64,000 nt of DNA from Octopus sinensis (GCF_006345805.1 NC_043001.1:81406001-81470000); one strand, 5' to 3'. Counted from the first letter of the stretch, positions 1 through 14,554 are shown. Notes: a model not told the origin generated them from the letters alone. Translations and numbers: made by a program.

Positions 1-1221
1 AATAGAAATATAACTACAAGTATAGCGAAAAAATTTATCATCAGGTTACACTGTGGCACACCAGTGTGCCGTGGCATACTGGCTGCAGAGCACTGCTATA
101 GATAGATACTAGTAATGCAGATTTACAGAAAGACAAAAAGCCTTGTGTTTAACCAAAATAAGTTTTTGCCTTCATTTATTTCTTCATCATCATCATCATT
201 ATCATTATTAGGATTAGTGATTATTATTTTGGCTATTATTACAAAAACTGTAAGAACACTATATTGACAGATAGTATTTTATTCATAGTGATACAGAGAC
301 AAAGATACACATTCTTAATATTTTTCTCTCTCACATACTCACACACACACCCATACACACGGCTGCATATAATATCACACACACACACACACACACTCAT
401 GGCTGCATATAATGTCACACACATATGACTGCATATAATATATTACACACACACACACACACACAAGCATCTTAAAATTAAATAGACACTCCCCTTTCAT
501 TATATACTTTTACCTGTGCAGACACTTTGAGCCTTAAAACATATGCACATTGCATTTTGTTTCTAGAAATAAATCTTTCATGAACGATGGTGTCTATTTA
601 CTTTTGATATGTCTCAGTGTGTGTGTGTGTGTGTATGTATATACACACACACACATTTCACTTAGGTGTGACTTATACACAGGGCAAAGCTAAAACTATG
701 AAGGGAAATAATTTTGCACCAAGATTTAACACTAAATTAGGGGTGTGAATTACATACAAGTAATTAGTGTAAGATACACACCCATAAATACAACCTTGGC
801 AGTATATTCTCATGTACACACAGCTTGCTCCTTCTCTTTCACACTCTCTACTTTTCTTCTCTACTGACTCTCTCCACTTCTATCTCCATTTCATTCACTC
901 TCTCTCTCTCTCATATATCTGCTCAAATCCCAATTTGTCTCTGCTCTTGCTTTTAATCTCTCTCTCTGCTCTTTCTCTCTTTTCCTCACAACACTTTCTA
1001 TCTTCCATCTATCTGTTTTTCTCCTCTCCCCTCCTCTTTTTTCTTTTTTTCTCAACCTATAGGTGACTATCTAAAACAATTTCAAAGACATGTTCCATCA
1101 ATCCACAATAATTCTTTAGATCTATTCTCAATCGGACAAAGTTAGTTCCATAGATAAGGCAGTCAAAATCATAAATCAAAAATTGAATGAAGACCATCAA
1201 ATCAACATCTATTCACCCAAC

Positions 1222-1267
<46 letters not shown>

Positions 1268-2429
1268 CATTTCCCTCCTTCCTTTATATCATGGAGATAT
1301 TATGAAAATGGCCTAGGTAGTGTTACTAATATAGCTTCTATGCTCTTCTGTTGCCTGCAGTAAATGCACTATCAATGTATATACACACATGCACAGCTGA
1401 ATATATGTGTATTTTATTTTTACATCTGTACATCTTTATTCATCTGTGTGTGTATGTGTACACACACACAAAAATTTGAAATGTATATATATGTATATGG
1501 AGACATGTTAATATATAGATATGTTATATATGTATAAAGAAAGATATAGATATATTGGCAGAGGTACATAATATAAATATATATATTATATAATATATAA
1601 ATATGTTTATTATATATATATAAATATATTTTATATAATATAAATACATATATATTATATAATATATAAATATATATTTATATCTATTATATAATATATA
1701 AATATATATTTATATCTATTATATAATATATATATATTATGTACATTATATATGTAGTATGGTACCTCAATATATTAGATTGGAGGCATTTTTTTAAATG
1801 TCTTGTTCACAGGAGTTATCTCCCTTTGTGTGTAACTCTTCCAAATGGAAATACAGTAACACTTGATGGAGGAAGGAAAGGTGTAGCATCAAAAGAAAAA
1901 AATATTAGCCCAGCATACAGACTGCCTTCATCTTTTCCACTTTCGACCTTTGGCTTACAGAATATGTCTCAATAACCACTGATCTGATGCTAACAATTTC
2001 CTTTTCCCTTAATGCTGCTACTACTACTACTACTACTACTACTATTCCTATCTATCTATGGCCATTTCTCTTATTAATGTCACTGCTGATACTTCTACTA
2101 CTACTACTACTACCACTGCTGCTGCTGTTTTTGTTGCCAATGAGATTTGCTGCTGCTGTTCCAAATATTTCTGCTGCTGCTGTTGTTGCTGCTGTATGGT
2201 GCAGAAGAAACATTTCTGTTATTACTCATTGGCAACTTTCTACTTCATACAAGCATTAAAAAAAAATAATAAAAATAATAATGATATTCATTCGACAAAA
2301 CCCGACCTCGCTTTCACACCCCTCTGGCAAACTGTGACCGTAAGTGAGTGCATTTTTTTCTTAACGTTCAGCTTGTCTGATAAAAGGTTTCTGTTTACCT
2401 ATTGACAGTCTTATTTGCTCAACCTCCAG

Positions 2430-2533
2430 AATGGCGTTCAACCCCCAACGAGATCCTCATCCTCAATGATGAAGACAGCACCTCAAAGATCGAGGGTGAC
2501 CTCAAACGACTCAATTCACTCGCGCACTACAAG
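2430..2533 (+). CDS. PlexA: Plexin-A exon (first in window; Rho-binding domain): EWRSTPNEILILNDEDSTSKIEGDLKRLNSLAHYK
   Basis: Acceptor ctccag at 2429 and donor AAG|gtaaaa at 2533. The translation resembles the plexin-A motif EWR...ILQDEDxTTKIxxDWKRLNTLAHY. Starts in phase 1 and ends in phase 0, matching the next exon. An alternative in-frame acceptor exists at 2408. Confidence 0.9.
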
Positions 2534-4739
2534 GTAAAACCCATACTCACTGCATGTCCCTTTCATCCGACTTCGTTGCTCCTCTTCATCTACATAACAA
2601 AAAAAAAAAAGAGTGTGTATGTCTAACACAGAGGAATGTATGTAGTTTTCGGGAGCAAGAAAGACCCAGGAAAACTTCAAGATTGATGCCACCAGCTCGG
2701 ATATAGTATAAATATCCACCCCACCCACTTTTCGCATCTATTTAGAGATGTTTTCTTTTATATTGTCTTGACGTTGTTGTTTTGGGGGTTGCTTGAATTA
2801 TGTCCCCTACCTTCATCTATTTTTATCTGGAATGGTAATGACTGAAGAATGCTGGCGCTGTTGTTCTTGTTGTATATGGATCAATTCAATGTTATTGTTG
2901 TTGTTCTTTTTGTTTGTTTGTTCTTCATTTTTTTTTTTTTTGGTATTTGTCTTCCTTCTGCATGACATTAAGAATTACCTCAGGTGTTCTTCTTTTTGCA
3001 TAAAAGCCTTGCTGAATTTGTCAAAATGTTTTAGAAAAATAATACAGCTTTAACCATATTGTCAAGTGAATGACTACTTGATGAGGAACTGGCATGAATT
3101 TAGGATAAGATCCGATCAGAGAGAACTTTTCAACTGCCTAACTGACTGGCTGTTTATGTCACTGACCTATCAACTAATCTACTGTGAGACTGTCTAAAAC
3201 CAGGAATACAATAAGGTGATTGGTTGACAGAACAGTTGATCTAGTAACTTGACCCTGTTGATACGAACCCGTCATCTAAGGTTGCCCCTAGTTCTTCAAT
3301 ATAAATTCTCAGTTTTAAAGTGATCTGTATTAGAACCTGCCATCAAAATTTTAAGTATATATTCCAAACACCAGCTTAATAATGACATTTCATTAAATTT
3401 TACATTATTTTCAAAATTAACTGAAACAAAGTGAGAATATTTCAACTGAAATCTGGTAAAAAAAAAAAAAGGGTTTAAAATTATCGAAATCAAAACTTTG
3501 GATTAAAATTTTGTGTTGGTTTTTGTTACAAATGACAGTTATTTTACTAAATTCTCCCTTATTTTCAAAATTAATTGAATCAAAGGCAGAAAAATAAGAC
3601 ATGGAGCTGAAATTGATTGACCATCACTGTAGATGAATACTAAATAGTCAGTAAGGTCACATATTCACTGACCAACTATGTAGCAGCTTCTACATTCAAT
3701 TGAGTTATGTGACTGATTTGTTCATTAGCTGATTAGCTCTGTGACTGAGTATTGAACCAATTTAGTCACAGAAGTTAGAACAATAAGTTGATTGACCAGT
3801 TGAGAAAATGACTTATTTTTCAGCTTGACCAACACATAAAATACCAAATATAGAATAAGTAAAATAATAATACAACTAGTTGAAGAATTCAACAACTATT
3901 ATCATACACTGCTTTTGTTTCAACTGATTCTGAAAATAATGAAGAATTTACTAGGATATCTTTACCACTCTTAAGTATTTGGAACATAAATTAACATGAA
4001 ATGTTCCTAAAAGATTTCCATTTAGATCACTTTAATCTTTTTGTTACCATATTTCTGTTGAAATACAGTTTGTTTCAATTAATTTTTAAAATAATGAATT
4101 TAATAAAGTTAACTTTGTTGTTGAGAAGCTGCTGCTTGAAACATAAATTAACACAAAATTTTGATGGAAATTTCTATTTAAATTACTTTGAAACAGAAAG
4201 CTCTTAAGGCCTCGGGTGGGTAGGACAGATTGGCCTTAGATTTTTTTATATCTTTTCAAACTTACCTTAACTAAGGGGTAGAAATAACTGAAAGCTTTAT
4301 ATAGATAATGTTCAGTTCAGTGTTAGATGCGTGCGTGTATGTGGTAACAAGGATTACAAACTTATTCCTAGGGAAATCATACTGCCAAATGAACCCTTTT
4401 AGGAGGGCTTTGTTTATTCTAATGACTTTATGTTCATATAGACTTCAAACTTTGCACACACACACGCACACACATACCATGTTTCAATTTTTCCCATCAT
4501 ATTCTTATGTTAGTGTTGAAAATGTACAAACATACATATGTATATACATAGACACACACTGAATTTTCTTTTGAAATCTTTGATCAATAATTTGCAAGGT
4601 ATTTTGTGTGTGTATGCATATATATATCTATATATATAAAGCTCGATTATAGAATTTTAAATATATATGTATAGTTTCTCTGTATATGGTATAGTTTTGT
4701 GTGTATGTGCATGTGTGCATGCACATGTCCGTATGCTGT

Positions 4740-5080
4740 ATTGCATCCTTCCATCCAGTCATCTTCTCTGCTCACTATTCTTAAGAGGGTTGTTGGGGTA
4801 GAGGCCTCAGTGCACCTCCTCCATAGGGCCCTATCTAAGCAACCAGCATTGAACTCTCTGGCTGGATTCCCAAGAGTAGCCAACTGAGGCTATGAATATT
4901 ATCCAACCATTTCATTCTTGATCTTCCTCTGGATCTAATGCTGGCTGACTCAGCTTGAAGAATCCATCTTGCTGATTCTTTTTTGTGACATTTTAATCAC
5001 ATCTTCATAGTATTGGAATTGTGATCTCTCATTGGAGAGATCACAGTTTGATATGGAGAAACTCCCTAAACACCAAGGTG
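4740..5080 (-). mobile_element. RTE LINE 3' fragment (second family)
   Basis: The minus strand reads ERSQFQYYEDVIKM...ARWILQA...RGRSRMKWLDNIHSLSWLLLGIQP, homologous to the 59400-59820 fragment. Confidence 0.65.
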
Positions 5081-5950
5081 TATTACTTATGAATATTTTC
5101 CATGAATTTTATTCATCTCCAAAAGGCTAAACTGTATAATCTTTTAGAAATTTTGTTAGTTTCATTTTCAAACCTTTAGAATTTAAAAGTTTTCTCCCTT
5201 ATATACATACATATATACATATGATATACATGTATTATATACATGTTATATGCATGTATATAAAATGTATGTGTATCTCAACAATTGTATGTACTAAATC
5301 TGTGCACACACATGAACATTTATGAGAATAACATACTCAAGGTGCATCCTCTTCTCTGTCATTTTCTGCAAAAATGGATCCGCTTTATGCCATATCAATG
5401 AATTCTGAGTCAACTGCCTGACAATGGTTTCCATACAGTAGATAGTTGAAAAGAATCAATCATATGTCCAATTTAAAATATCATCACACTCTTTAGAAAC
5501 CGTAACAAGAGAGGTATTTGCTGCTTTTGAATAGATTTCATTTTGACATAGGGGATTTTAATTAAAATTCTAATAAGTGAGCCATTATCATTAGTTTGCT
5601 CAAGTTTCTTTGCATCAGCTCTGCTAAGATCTGAACAACCATTATTACAAGATATATGAATTATCTCTGTTATCTAAAGACTTTATGTGGATTTATAAAC
5701 CAGATAACTCCAAACATAGACTGTATTTAATTCAGAATCTCAATAGGAATGAATTTGTGGATTAAAAGCCTGAGATAAAAGAGGGAGCATGAGATTATCT
5801 GTCACAATAATTTAATAAGTTTATGCTTAATCATTGTGGAGAGAGCCCTGATTCACTCACCCCCACACCTCGTTTCTTTTTTAAACTATTTTTCACATCT
5901 ATTAGCATGTGTTGCATGATCATGTTCTTTACTTTTCTTGTTGGTACATT

Positions 5951-5994
<44 letters not shown>

Positions 5995-6264
5995 GCCCCA
6001 CCCCTGTACATTTTGGATACTTTCCTGTATCTGCTCCCTCACATTGATACAGTAACACACACACATTAAACAAGTGTTATCCTACAAGTAGTGGCTTTTG
6101 TTTCCAACCTGCATGCAAATATGTCCGGCCATGAGAAAATATTACCTTGCTTAGAAAATAGGTGAGAGTTGGCAACCGGAAAGGCATCCAGCCACAGAAA
6201 ATCTGCCTCAAAAATTCAATCAATTCCATCTTACCCATGCAAGCATGGAAATGTGGACATGCTG

Positions 6265-6325
<61 letters not shown>

Positions 6326-8092
6326 TACTATGGCCATGCTGGGGCACTGCCTTGAAAAGTCTAGACAAACAAATCAACCCCAATATTTGTTTATTTTTTT
6401 TTGAGTCTGGTACTTATTCTATCAGTCTTCTTTTGCTAAGCTGCTGAGTTACAGCTACATATGCTAGCCAACACTGGTTCTCAAGCAGTGTGGGGACAAA
6501 CATAATCACAAAGACACACACGTGTGTGTGTATATGTACATATATATATATATTATATATATATATATAATATATATATATATAAATACACCACAGCATT
6601 CCATATAGTTTCTGTCTACCAAATTCATTGAAAAAGTATTGGTCAGACCTTTTGCAAGCTGCTGTGCTGCAAGATTGAACATGAAACCATGTGGTTGCAA
6701 AGTGAGCTTCTTAACCACACAACATGGACCTGATCTATTTATATACATAGACTTGATCTATTTACACATGTTGATCCTATCCTTTATGCTGTCTCCCTTT
6801 CTCACTCATACACTCTCATTCTCATTGTTCCCTCCCCCTTTCGTACACAGCAATTTTTGTTAAGACCCTCTCCTCCCCCACACATAATACTCCTTTCTCT
6901 CACCAAACACTCTACTGTGTTTGAATTATGCAATAGAAACAACTCTAGAGTAAAATTTTTATATAACCTACTTACAATATGTGTGTCATTGAAATGCCAA
7001 AGCTGCAGTTTTCTGTCCAGAGAAAAATCCCTTTATAGACATAATGTGTTAAAAATCACAATATACTTCAGAACCAAGTGAAATGAAATTTTCTAGAAGT
7101 GACCATGAGAGTGACAGATATGTATTTCATTGTTGTTGTGTCTGATCAATATCATGTACTCATGTCACTTCTGAAATGAAATCAAATCAGCATGACTGAA
7201 GTACACAGAGATAATGCATACACTATACATTAGTTTGCAAAAGTGCCACCCAAGCAGAATAAAATTCAAATTATGCAATAGAAGCAGTTTGGTGATAAAA
7301 ACTTTATCCATATAATATACTTAATGTATGGTTGTCGTTAAAAAAGCCAGAAGCAGCAGGTTTTCAACCAGGAAAAATCAATTGTTTAAAAAAAAGCATT
7401 AAACTTTAAAGCAAGATACAGATTTTATTCCTGAGCCACCATTGCAAACCAGCTTGTAGTCTATATACTATTTCTGCATACTTCAGATTGGCTGATTCAA
7501 TCTTGTTTCAGAAGTGACATGAGTGTGTGCCATTGGACAAGCAACAACATTGGTGAATATGGGATCATTCACTTAAGTAATCACTTCTAGGGTGATTTTG
7601 TTTCATCTAACTCTGAAGGATATTACATTTTTTTAACATACTACATTTATCAAGGAATTTTTCCCAGATGAAAAACTGCAGCTTCTGGCTTTTCAATGAT
7701 ACATATACGTTGAGCATGTTACATAAATAAAGATTATTCTACCATGTTCTTACATACAAACTGTATTTCTTTCTTTACTTTTCTTTTCAACTAGCTCTTC
7801 CAAAATCACTTTTGATGATTTTGCTATTTGAATAGCCTTGTGGTTTTTGTTGTGATATGTTGTGACTCTCTGATATATGTAATGTAACACCCTAAAAACT
7901 TCCAATTGACTTGTTGCCCAATCCTCCTCACTATTTTTATTTACTTATTTATTTATTTGGCATGACGCTTTTCTCTCTGTACTATTCTCCACTCCATCAC
8001 TGTCCCATGTATCTAAACCATCTCTAATTTTTGGCATATTTCAATTTTAATTAAAATGTTCCTTTTCTATTATTTCTATCTGGATTATGTAG

Positions 8093-8186
8093 GTCAATGA
8101 TGGCGCTTATATGGCACTTAGGAAGAAACAAACTCCTGTAAACACTGGACCCCCTCTACAAGAAAAGCCAACCTTTTATAAATATG
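8093..8186 (+). CDS. PlexA: Plexin-A exon: VNDGAYMALRKKQTPVNTGPPLQEKPTFYKY
   Basis: tatgtag|GTC acceptor and G|gtaag donor; 94 nt, phase 0 to 1. Corresponds to plexin V(T/P)DGSxVALVPKQ and continues the frame of the previous exon. Confidence 0.85.
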
Positions 8187-8559
8187 GTAAGAAATCAAAG
8201 ACTTCTCTCTCTCTCTCTCATTTATTTCTCTTTTGTCTTTTAGTTATTTCTGTCATTAGGTTGCAACAATGCTGGGGTACCACCTTGGAAGCTTTTAGTC
8301 AAACAAGTCTTATTTTGTTGCTCCCTTTTACTGAACTGCTAAGCTCATTGACTGTGACTGTCAAATGGTGGGGTAGGCTTTCATATAGTTTCTTTGGGTT
8401 TTCACACATTTTCTGTCTACCAAATTCATTCACAAGGCATTGTTTGGCCCAAGTCTACAGTAGAACTAACTTGCCCCTAGGTGCCATGCAGTGAGACTGA
8501 ACCCAAAACCACATAGTTGCAAAGGGAGTTTCTTATCCACACAGCCATGTCTATTTATA

Positions 8560-9149
8560 TATATCCTTTTATCTGTTTCAGTCATTTAACTGTGGCCATG
8601 CTGGAGCACCACCTTTAGTTGAACAAATTGACCCCTAGTAAAAAGCACCATCTGTTCGTGGCTGTTTGCCAGCTCTGTCTGGCACCTGTGCGGGTGGCAC
8701 GTAAAAAGCACCCACTACACTCACGGAGTGGTTGGCGTTAGGAAGGGCATCCAGCCGTAGAAACACTGCCAGATCTGACTAGGCCTGATGAAGCCTTCTG
8801 GCTTCACAGACCCCAGTTGAACCGTCCAACCCATGCTAGCATGGAAAACGGACGCTAAACGATGATGATGATGATGATGGGCTCTTTTGCTGAACCACTA
8901 AGTTACGGGATTTAAACATACCAACATTAGTTGTCAAGCAATGGTGGGGGGGACACACAAACGCATACATATATATATATATATATGATAGGCTTCTTTC
9001 AGTTTCCGTCTACCACATCCACTCACTAGGCTTTGATCGGCCCAAAGCTATAGTAGAAGACACTTGTCGAAGGTGCCACACAGTGGGACTGAATCCAGAA
9101 CCATGTGGTTGGTAAGCAAGCTACTTACCACACAGCCACTCCTGTGCCT
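8560..9149 (-). mobile_element. SINE family A copy interrupted by an RTE 3' fragment (about 8641-8879)
   Basis: The SINE halves flank an RTE 3' UTR that ends in (GAT)n. Further family-A copies lie at about 6328-6727(-), 8395-8530(-), 10515-10840(-), 20215-20360(+), 41400-41815(-), 42330-42770(+, two), 43340-43540(+), 50930-52050 (several) and 63650-64000(+). Confidence 0.7.
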
Positions 9150-9609
9150 ATATATATATATATATTGATTTTCTCCATGTATTTTTAGTTTAAATATATG
9201 ATATAATTTATTATTCTAGAGTCAGGCTAAGTGGCAGAGACTGTCTGAATTAAAATTAGCCCATAGTAATGAGTGTCAGGGACAAAATTAACTTATGGTA
9301 ATTCCTTGGATGATTTAAAAAAAAAAAATTTTTTGCTGGGTGAAAAGTATATCTTATATATCATCAAAAGTAAGAGCCTGCTATAGCTAAGATACTTTTG
9401 TAACATTTGCATCCACCATTATGTTGTGAGTTCAAATTCCGCTGAGGTTGATTTCACCTTACATCCTTTTGGAAATCAATAAAATGAGTATCAGTGAAGT
9501 ACTTCCACAAAATTGCTGGGCTTGTGCCAAAATTTGAAACCAGTATTACATGCTTTAATGCACTAAAAATGTTTTACCCTGAATATACGCCACTGACATT
9601 GTTTGTTCC

Positions 9610-9880
9610 TATTTCGAGCCATGCTTGGCTTATAAGGGCCAGTTTCCTGGTTTCCTTGGCGTATAGGCTCCCCACCTGGACAGGACGCCAGTCCGTTGCA
9701 GGTGAGCTGCAAGATGCAGGAGGAAAGAATGAGAAGAAGTTTGCCATTACCTTCTGCCGGAGCCGTGTGGAGCTTAGGTGTTTTGCTCATAAACACACAT
9801 ATCACCCGGTCTGAGATTCAAGCCCACGATCCCTTGACTGCGAGTCCACTGCTCTAACCACTAGGCCATATGCCTCCACA
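9610..9880 (-). mobile_element. SINE family C (tRNA head ggaggcatatggcctagtggttagagcag)
   Basis: Clear tRNA-like A and B boxes on the minus strand. Related + copies with a CORE-like ttgagcaaaacacttcatttca...ctccagtccactcagctg segment lie at about 15345-15500, 35010-35260 and 52105-52450. Confidence 0.65.
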
Positions 9881-10155
9881 CCACTGACATTGGAGTGCAT
9901 TTAATATGCCCAAGTGCCTTTCATGCCATCAGATACAGTAAATCTGAAATTTTGCAAGAGTTACAAAGCATTCTTTGATCGGCTAATGATATGTATGCCA
10001 GTGTAGCCACATGTGTCAACATTTTCTTCTCTTCACCCAACATTGTTTTGAAAATCCATATCTTTTATTTATGTCATTATATCTTTTCTTTTATCTTTTA
10101 TTCTGACCAGTCAGCAATACTTTTTTTTATAATTGTTTACTTTTACATTTTCCAG

Positions 10156-10268
10156 AACGTTTAATTTCAGAAAATTCTCTCTACACCCGTAGCCCATCTT
10201 TAGGTCGTACTGTCAATTCTAGTGGTATACCTAATGATGGAGAAAACAATATACGCAAATATCATTTG
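10156..10268 (+). CDS. PlexA: Plexin-A exon: ERLISENSLYTRSPSLGRTVNSSGIPNDGENNIRKYHL
   Basis: Pyrimidine tract plus ttccag acceptor and TTG|gtgagt donor; 113 nt, phase 1 to 0, open frame. Ends in KYHL, equivalent to plexin K(L/M)WHL. It is not in the ORF track and was found by reading the sequence. Confidence 0.85.
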
Positions 10269-11497
10269 GTGAGTAACTCTCATTGCCTTTACTTTTATAC
10301 TCATGTACAAAACCCCTTTCATTTTGAGCCCCAATCTGATGTAACTCTAAAGTAATTTCTCTTCTGTAAATCATTTTCTTCAATGTTTAAGCTCTAACTC
10401 TAACAGCATCAGAGCTAAGTATATTCAGTTCCGTACATGTGGACTTGTGACACAAGAACTGGGTTAACTCATTTTCTATAAATGAATGGGAAAATTTACC
10501 TTTTAATTTTCACTTATTTCAGTCATTGGACTTTGGCCATGCTGGAGCACTGACTTGCAGGGTTTAGTAAAAAAAATTATGACAGTACTTAATTGTAAAT
10601 CTAGTACTTATTCTGTTGGTCTCTTTTGCTGAACCACTAAGTTACGGGAATGTAAACTTAACAACACTAGGTGTCAAATGATGGGTATGTGAATAAACAC
10701 AGACACACACACACACAACCAATTCCACTCATAAGGCTTTAGTCAGCCAAGCTCTATGTAGAAGATACATGCCTAAGGTGCCACACAGTGGGACTTGAAC
10801 CCAAGACTACATGCTTAAGAAACAAGGTTCTCAAACCCAAAGCTCTCATATTTCAGAATTCTCCACAATTCATACGATGTCATACACACATTTTATTTTT
10901 ACTGGCCAATAGAAAGAGGTTGTAAGAACTGATTTGCATGTATTTATTATGTTACCTCACCAGCTAAAATTTAATCAGTACTAGAAAGGTTGACAGGGTT
11001 TCACACCTTACAAATGCAATACTTAAAGTTCATACCTTTAACTTGCAATCTCTTCATGTTCTTGTATTAAACAAAAAGCATGAGGCCCTAATAGCAGTTC
11101 AATGAAAACCTGAAAGAAAATTTACTGAAATAACTACCAAAAATGTTGCACAACTAAATACAATAATAATGCAGAAAAAAAAGGCATTGGTGTGTGCAGA
11201 TAAATTTTATTCCGTATAAATTTTAAAAATCAACTCATAAATAAATGAAACCCTCATATCCATCACTGTACACACACACACAGAGTCACATATCTGTGTA
11301 TGTATTTATGTATCTTTGAAGATAATCAAACCAAATTTTCATCATTTCAAGCCACTTGCCCAATTAGTTTTTCTGCCAAATTTGGTGATAATTTATTCAG
11401 CTGCTTTCAGTAATTTTGCAAACACACAGACAAAGATGAACGCCTACAATACCCTGCTTTCGCTTACGCACACAGGGTATTAATAATAATAATAATA

Positions 11498-11532
<35 letters not shown>

Positions 11533-12509
11533 CCCCTGATGTAGTACCAGGCAGTCACTCTTATGATTTCTGATCTTAACTGATTGCAAGTATTAGCAGG
11601 TACATGTTTTGTCTTAGTATAAAAGATGGGATACAGCAAATATTCTGCTCAATATCACAGATTTGCTTGTCAGTTGCTCGACCTTAACCAGTTGAGCATG
11701 TCCTTTACTAGCTGACAATATGTGCATTTCTGATCATGAGTAGGGGTAGTGGAGACACATCATAATCATGTGTGGAGAGGGATTTTTGGGGGTTTGAAAA
11801 ATTCACACCTGGAAACATGAGTAATTCGTTCATCATCCTTAAACAACATTTATTCAAGGACCTTTTGGGATGGGCTACTCAACCATAATATATTGCCACT
11901 TCTGCTGCAACAGTGTAGCCTCAGCTTGTTCAGTTAGAGAAAACCCATGAAGCAGAGCAATCAAACCAATGAAATGAGAAAGTCACCATTTTCAGATATT
12001 TCTATCTTTACTTAATTGAAGTTAATTTCTCATTTAACCCTTTGATTGCTCTGTCTATGCTTATTTATTCACATCGTTTTGAATTAATCATACATTATCT
12101 CATTGCTTTGAGATTTCAACGATGTTGTTGTTTATTTTCAGATGACATTTTAGAATAGGTATGAGAGGCTAGATGTGGCCAGTTTGAAGCAGATGGAATA
12201 TTAGAGCTGGATATTGTCAGTTTAACTGAAATTTAATAGCAGCATTTAAAAGATTACATAGATCCTTTTATAGTTGAAAACATCATCAGCTACAGAGAGG
12301 ACTCCCCACCCTCATTAAATGAAAATATTTCAAAGCAGACATCGGTGTGCAACACAGTCCTCTTGGCTTCTTGGATCCTGTCAAACTATCCAATCCATGC
12401 CAGTTAGAAAGATAGAATATAAAGTAATCATTATCCATTCCTGAGTAGATAAAATAAATATTGATTAAGTACTGGAGTCAATGCAGTCGATTACATCTTT
12501 CTTCAAAAT

Positions 12510-14518
12510 ATCTGGTCTAGTGCTGTCTTTATGCTCTGAACTCAAATTCTACTGAGGTTGACTTTGCGTTGAATCCTTTTGGGAGTCAATGAAATAAGCA
12601 CCAGTCGAGCACTGGTGTCAGTATAATTGACTAGCTCCCTCCTCCAAAATTTCAGGCCTTGAGCTTATTGTAGAAAGAATCACTTTTGTAAGCTGGCAGA
12701 ATTAGTAGAGCATCAGGAACAAAATGTGTCAGCCCTTAACATTCTGAGATCAGATCTCAGCAAGGTTGACTTTTTCATCCTTTTTAGGATCAGTAAAACC
12801 AAAATGCCAGTCTGGTATAGGAGTCAGTGATATTGAACAACCCCTACCCTTGTGTCTAAATCAAAAACCCAAAACAATAAGGTGACAGAATTCTTAGAAT
12901 ATTGGACAAAATGCCTTCTAGTAGTTCTTCCTGTCTTTTCACATTCTGAGCTCAAATTATACTTATGACAACTTTGCCTTTGATAAAATAAAGTACCAGT
13001 CTAGTGTTTCCTATCACCAAGAATATGTTAGAAGAGATTTACCCAACGTGTTCCTCAGTAGGAGCAAGCCAAAAATATGTAGTTGCAAAGAGTACTTCTT
13101 CACCCTTTAGCATTTAAACTGGCATTTTAATCCAGCTTGAATATTTTGTCTGTGTTATGTTCAAACCAGCCAGGCCCAGCCTCTCACACTTACCCAACAA
13201 TATCATTCTAAAAGTAAACAATCATCAAAATCTCAAAGTTACATGTTAATGCATGATTAATTAAAAGCATTATGAATAAATAAGAATTAAATTCAACAGA
13301 GAAATCTGAATGCTAACAGGTTAAGCACACATCTATGACTGCAATCATAGGCTTGTTATATCTCTTAACTTGTTTTCTTTTTTAATGTTGGTGATGCCAA
13401 CATTAATGCCCAATATTTCTCTTTGGGTAACGTGTGTATTTGTAACTATGATGGTTTTGTTGTTTAAATGCTGGTTTCTATATCCATTCCTCTTTATAAA
13501 TTCTCAGGTAAAACAACATGATTCACCAACACATAGAGAGGGAGATCGAGGAAGCAAAATGGTCAGTGAAATTTATCTCACAAGACTGCTAACAACTAAG
13601 GTAGGTTGCTATCATCATTGTTATTGTTATTATTGTGATAATTTTTGTAGGCAGCAAGCTGACAGAATTGTTAGCATCTTGGGCAAAATGCTAAGCAGCA
13701 TTTTGTCCATCTTTACATTTTGAGTTCAAATTCCACCAAGGTTAACTTTACTTTTCATCTTTTCAGGGTCAATTAAAATAAGTACCAGTTGAGCACTGGG
13801 GTAAATGTAATCAACTAAGCCCCCTACCATAAAAAAAATTTCAGGTCTTGTGTTTATAGTAGAAAGGACTATCACCATATTTCCTGACATCCAAATTGAC
13901 ATAGTATATAGTGTAAACATTCAAACATTGTCACTATCTTTTCATATCCTGCTGGTCCAGGCACCATGGCCTTCAGTAAATTATCCTATAGAAACCTTGT
14001 TTTTTTGTTACCATTTTATTATTATTTAATTCCGCCAGAACTGAGTTTGTCTTTCATCCTTTCAGGTTCAATAAATTAAGTACCAGGCAAACACTGTAGG
14101 TCAGTGTGATTGACTAGTCCCCTCCCCACAAATTTCAGCCTTGTTCCTTTAGAAAGGATTATTACCTCTGCTTTAGCAAAGGCAGAGGTATTGTTTTCAG
14201 TCATGTTTGTTTGTTTGTCCATAGACAAGATATCTCAAGAACTGCTGGATGGAAACAGATGAAATTTTCAGGGATGTTTAGCCTCATGACTAGCATAAAC
14301 TGATAAGATTAATCTGGTACTGGACAAGGATTCTGGATTATTTTTCCGGTTTTTTTTTTTGTTTTTTTTACTTAACTTTTGGGAGCAGTTGGGGTCATTT
14401 TTAGTATTTTCGTTTGTGAGAGCAGTCTAGTTTATTTCAGATATTCTCATTTTAAAAAATCATCTCTGGCTTATTGTTGAGAGGTCGTTGGTGTTACCTT
14501 GGAGGAGGTTTGCACTCA

Positions 14519-14554
<36 letters not shown>

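Noticed and set aside
1-2400. Preceding plexin exon (expected KVLxCDTIxQVKEK...)
   Set aside because: No matching translation was found, so it is presumably upstream of the window. ORF 1739-1975 has a tcacag acceptor-like site but no plexin similarity.
3130-3900. Apparent enrichment of TGAC/ACTGA/GTCA words in the first intron
   Set aside because: I could not define a unit, period or boundaries by eye, and it is probably a decayed repeat.
9800-9880. tRNA-like sequences here and at other SINE heads
   Set aside because: Each continues into a SINE body and lacks a complete cloverleaf with a paired acceptor stem, so none is called as a tRNA gene.
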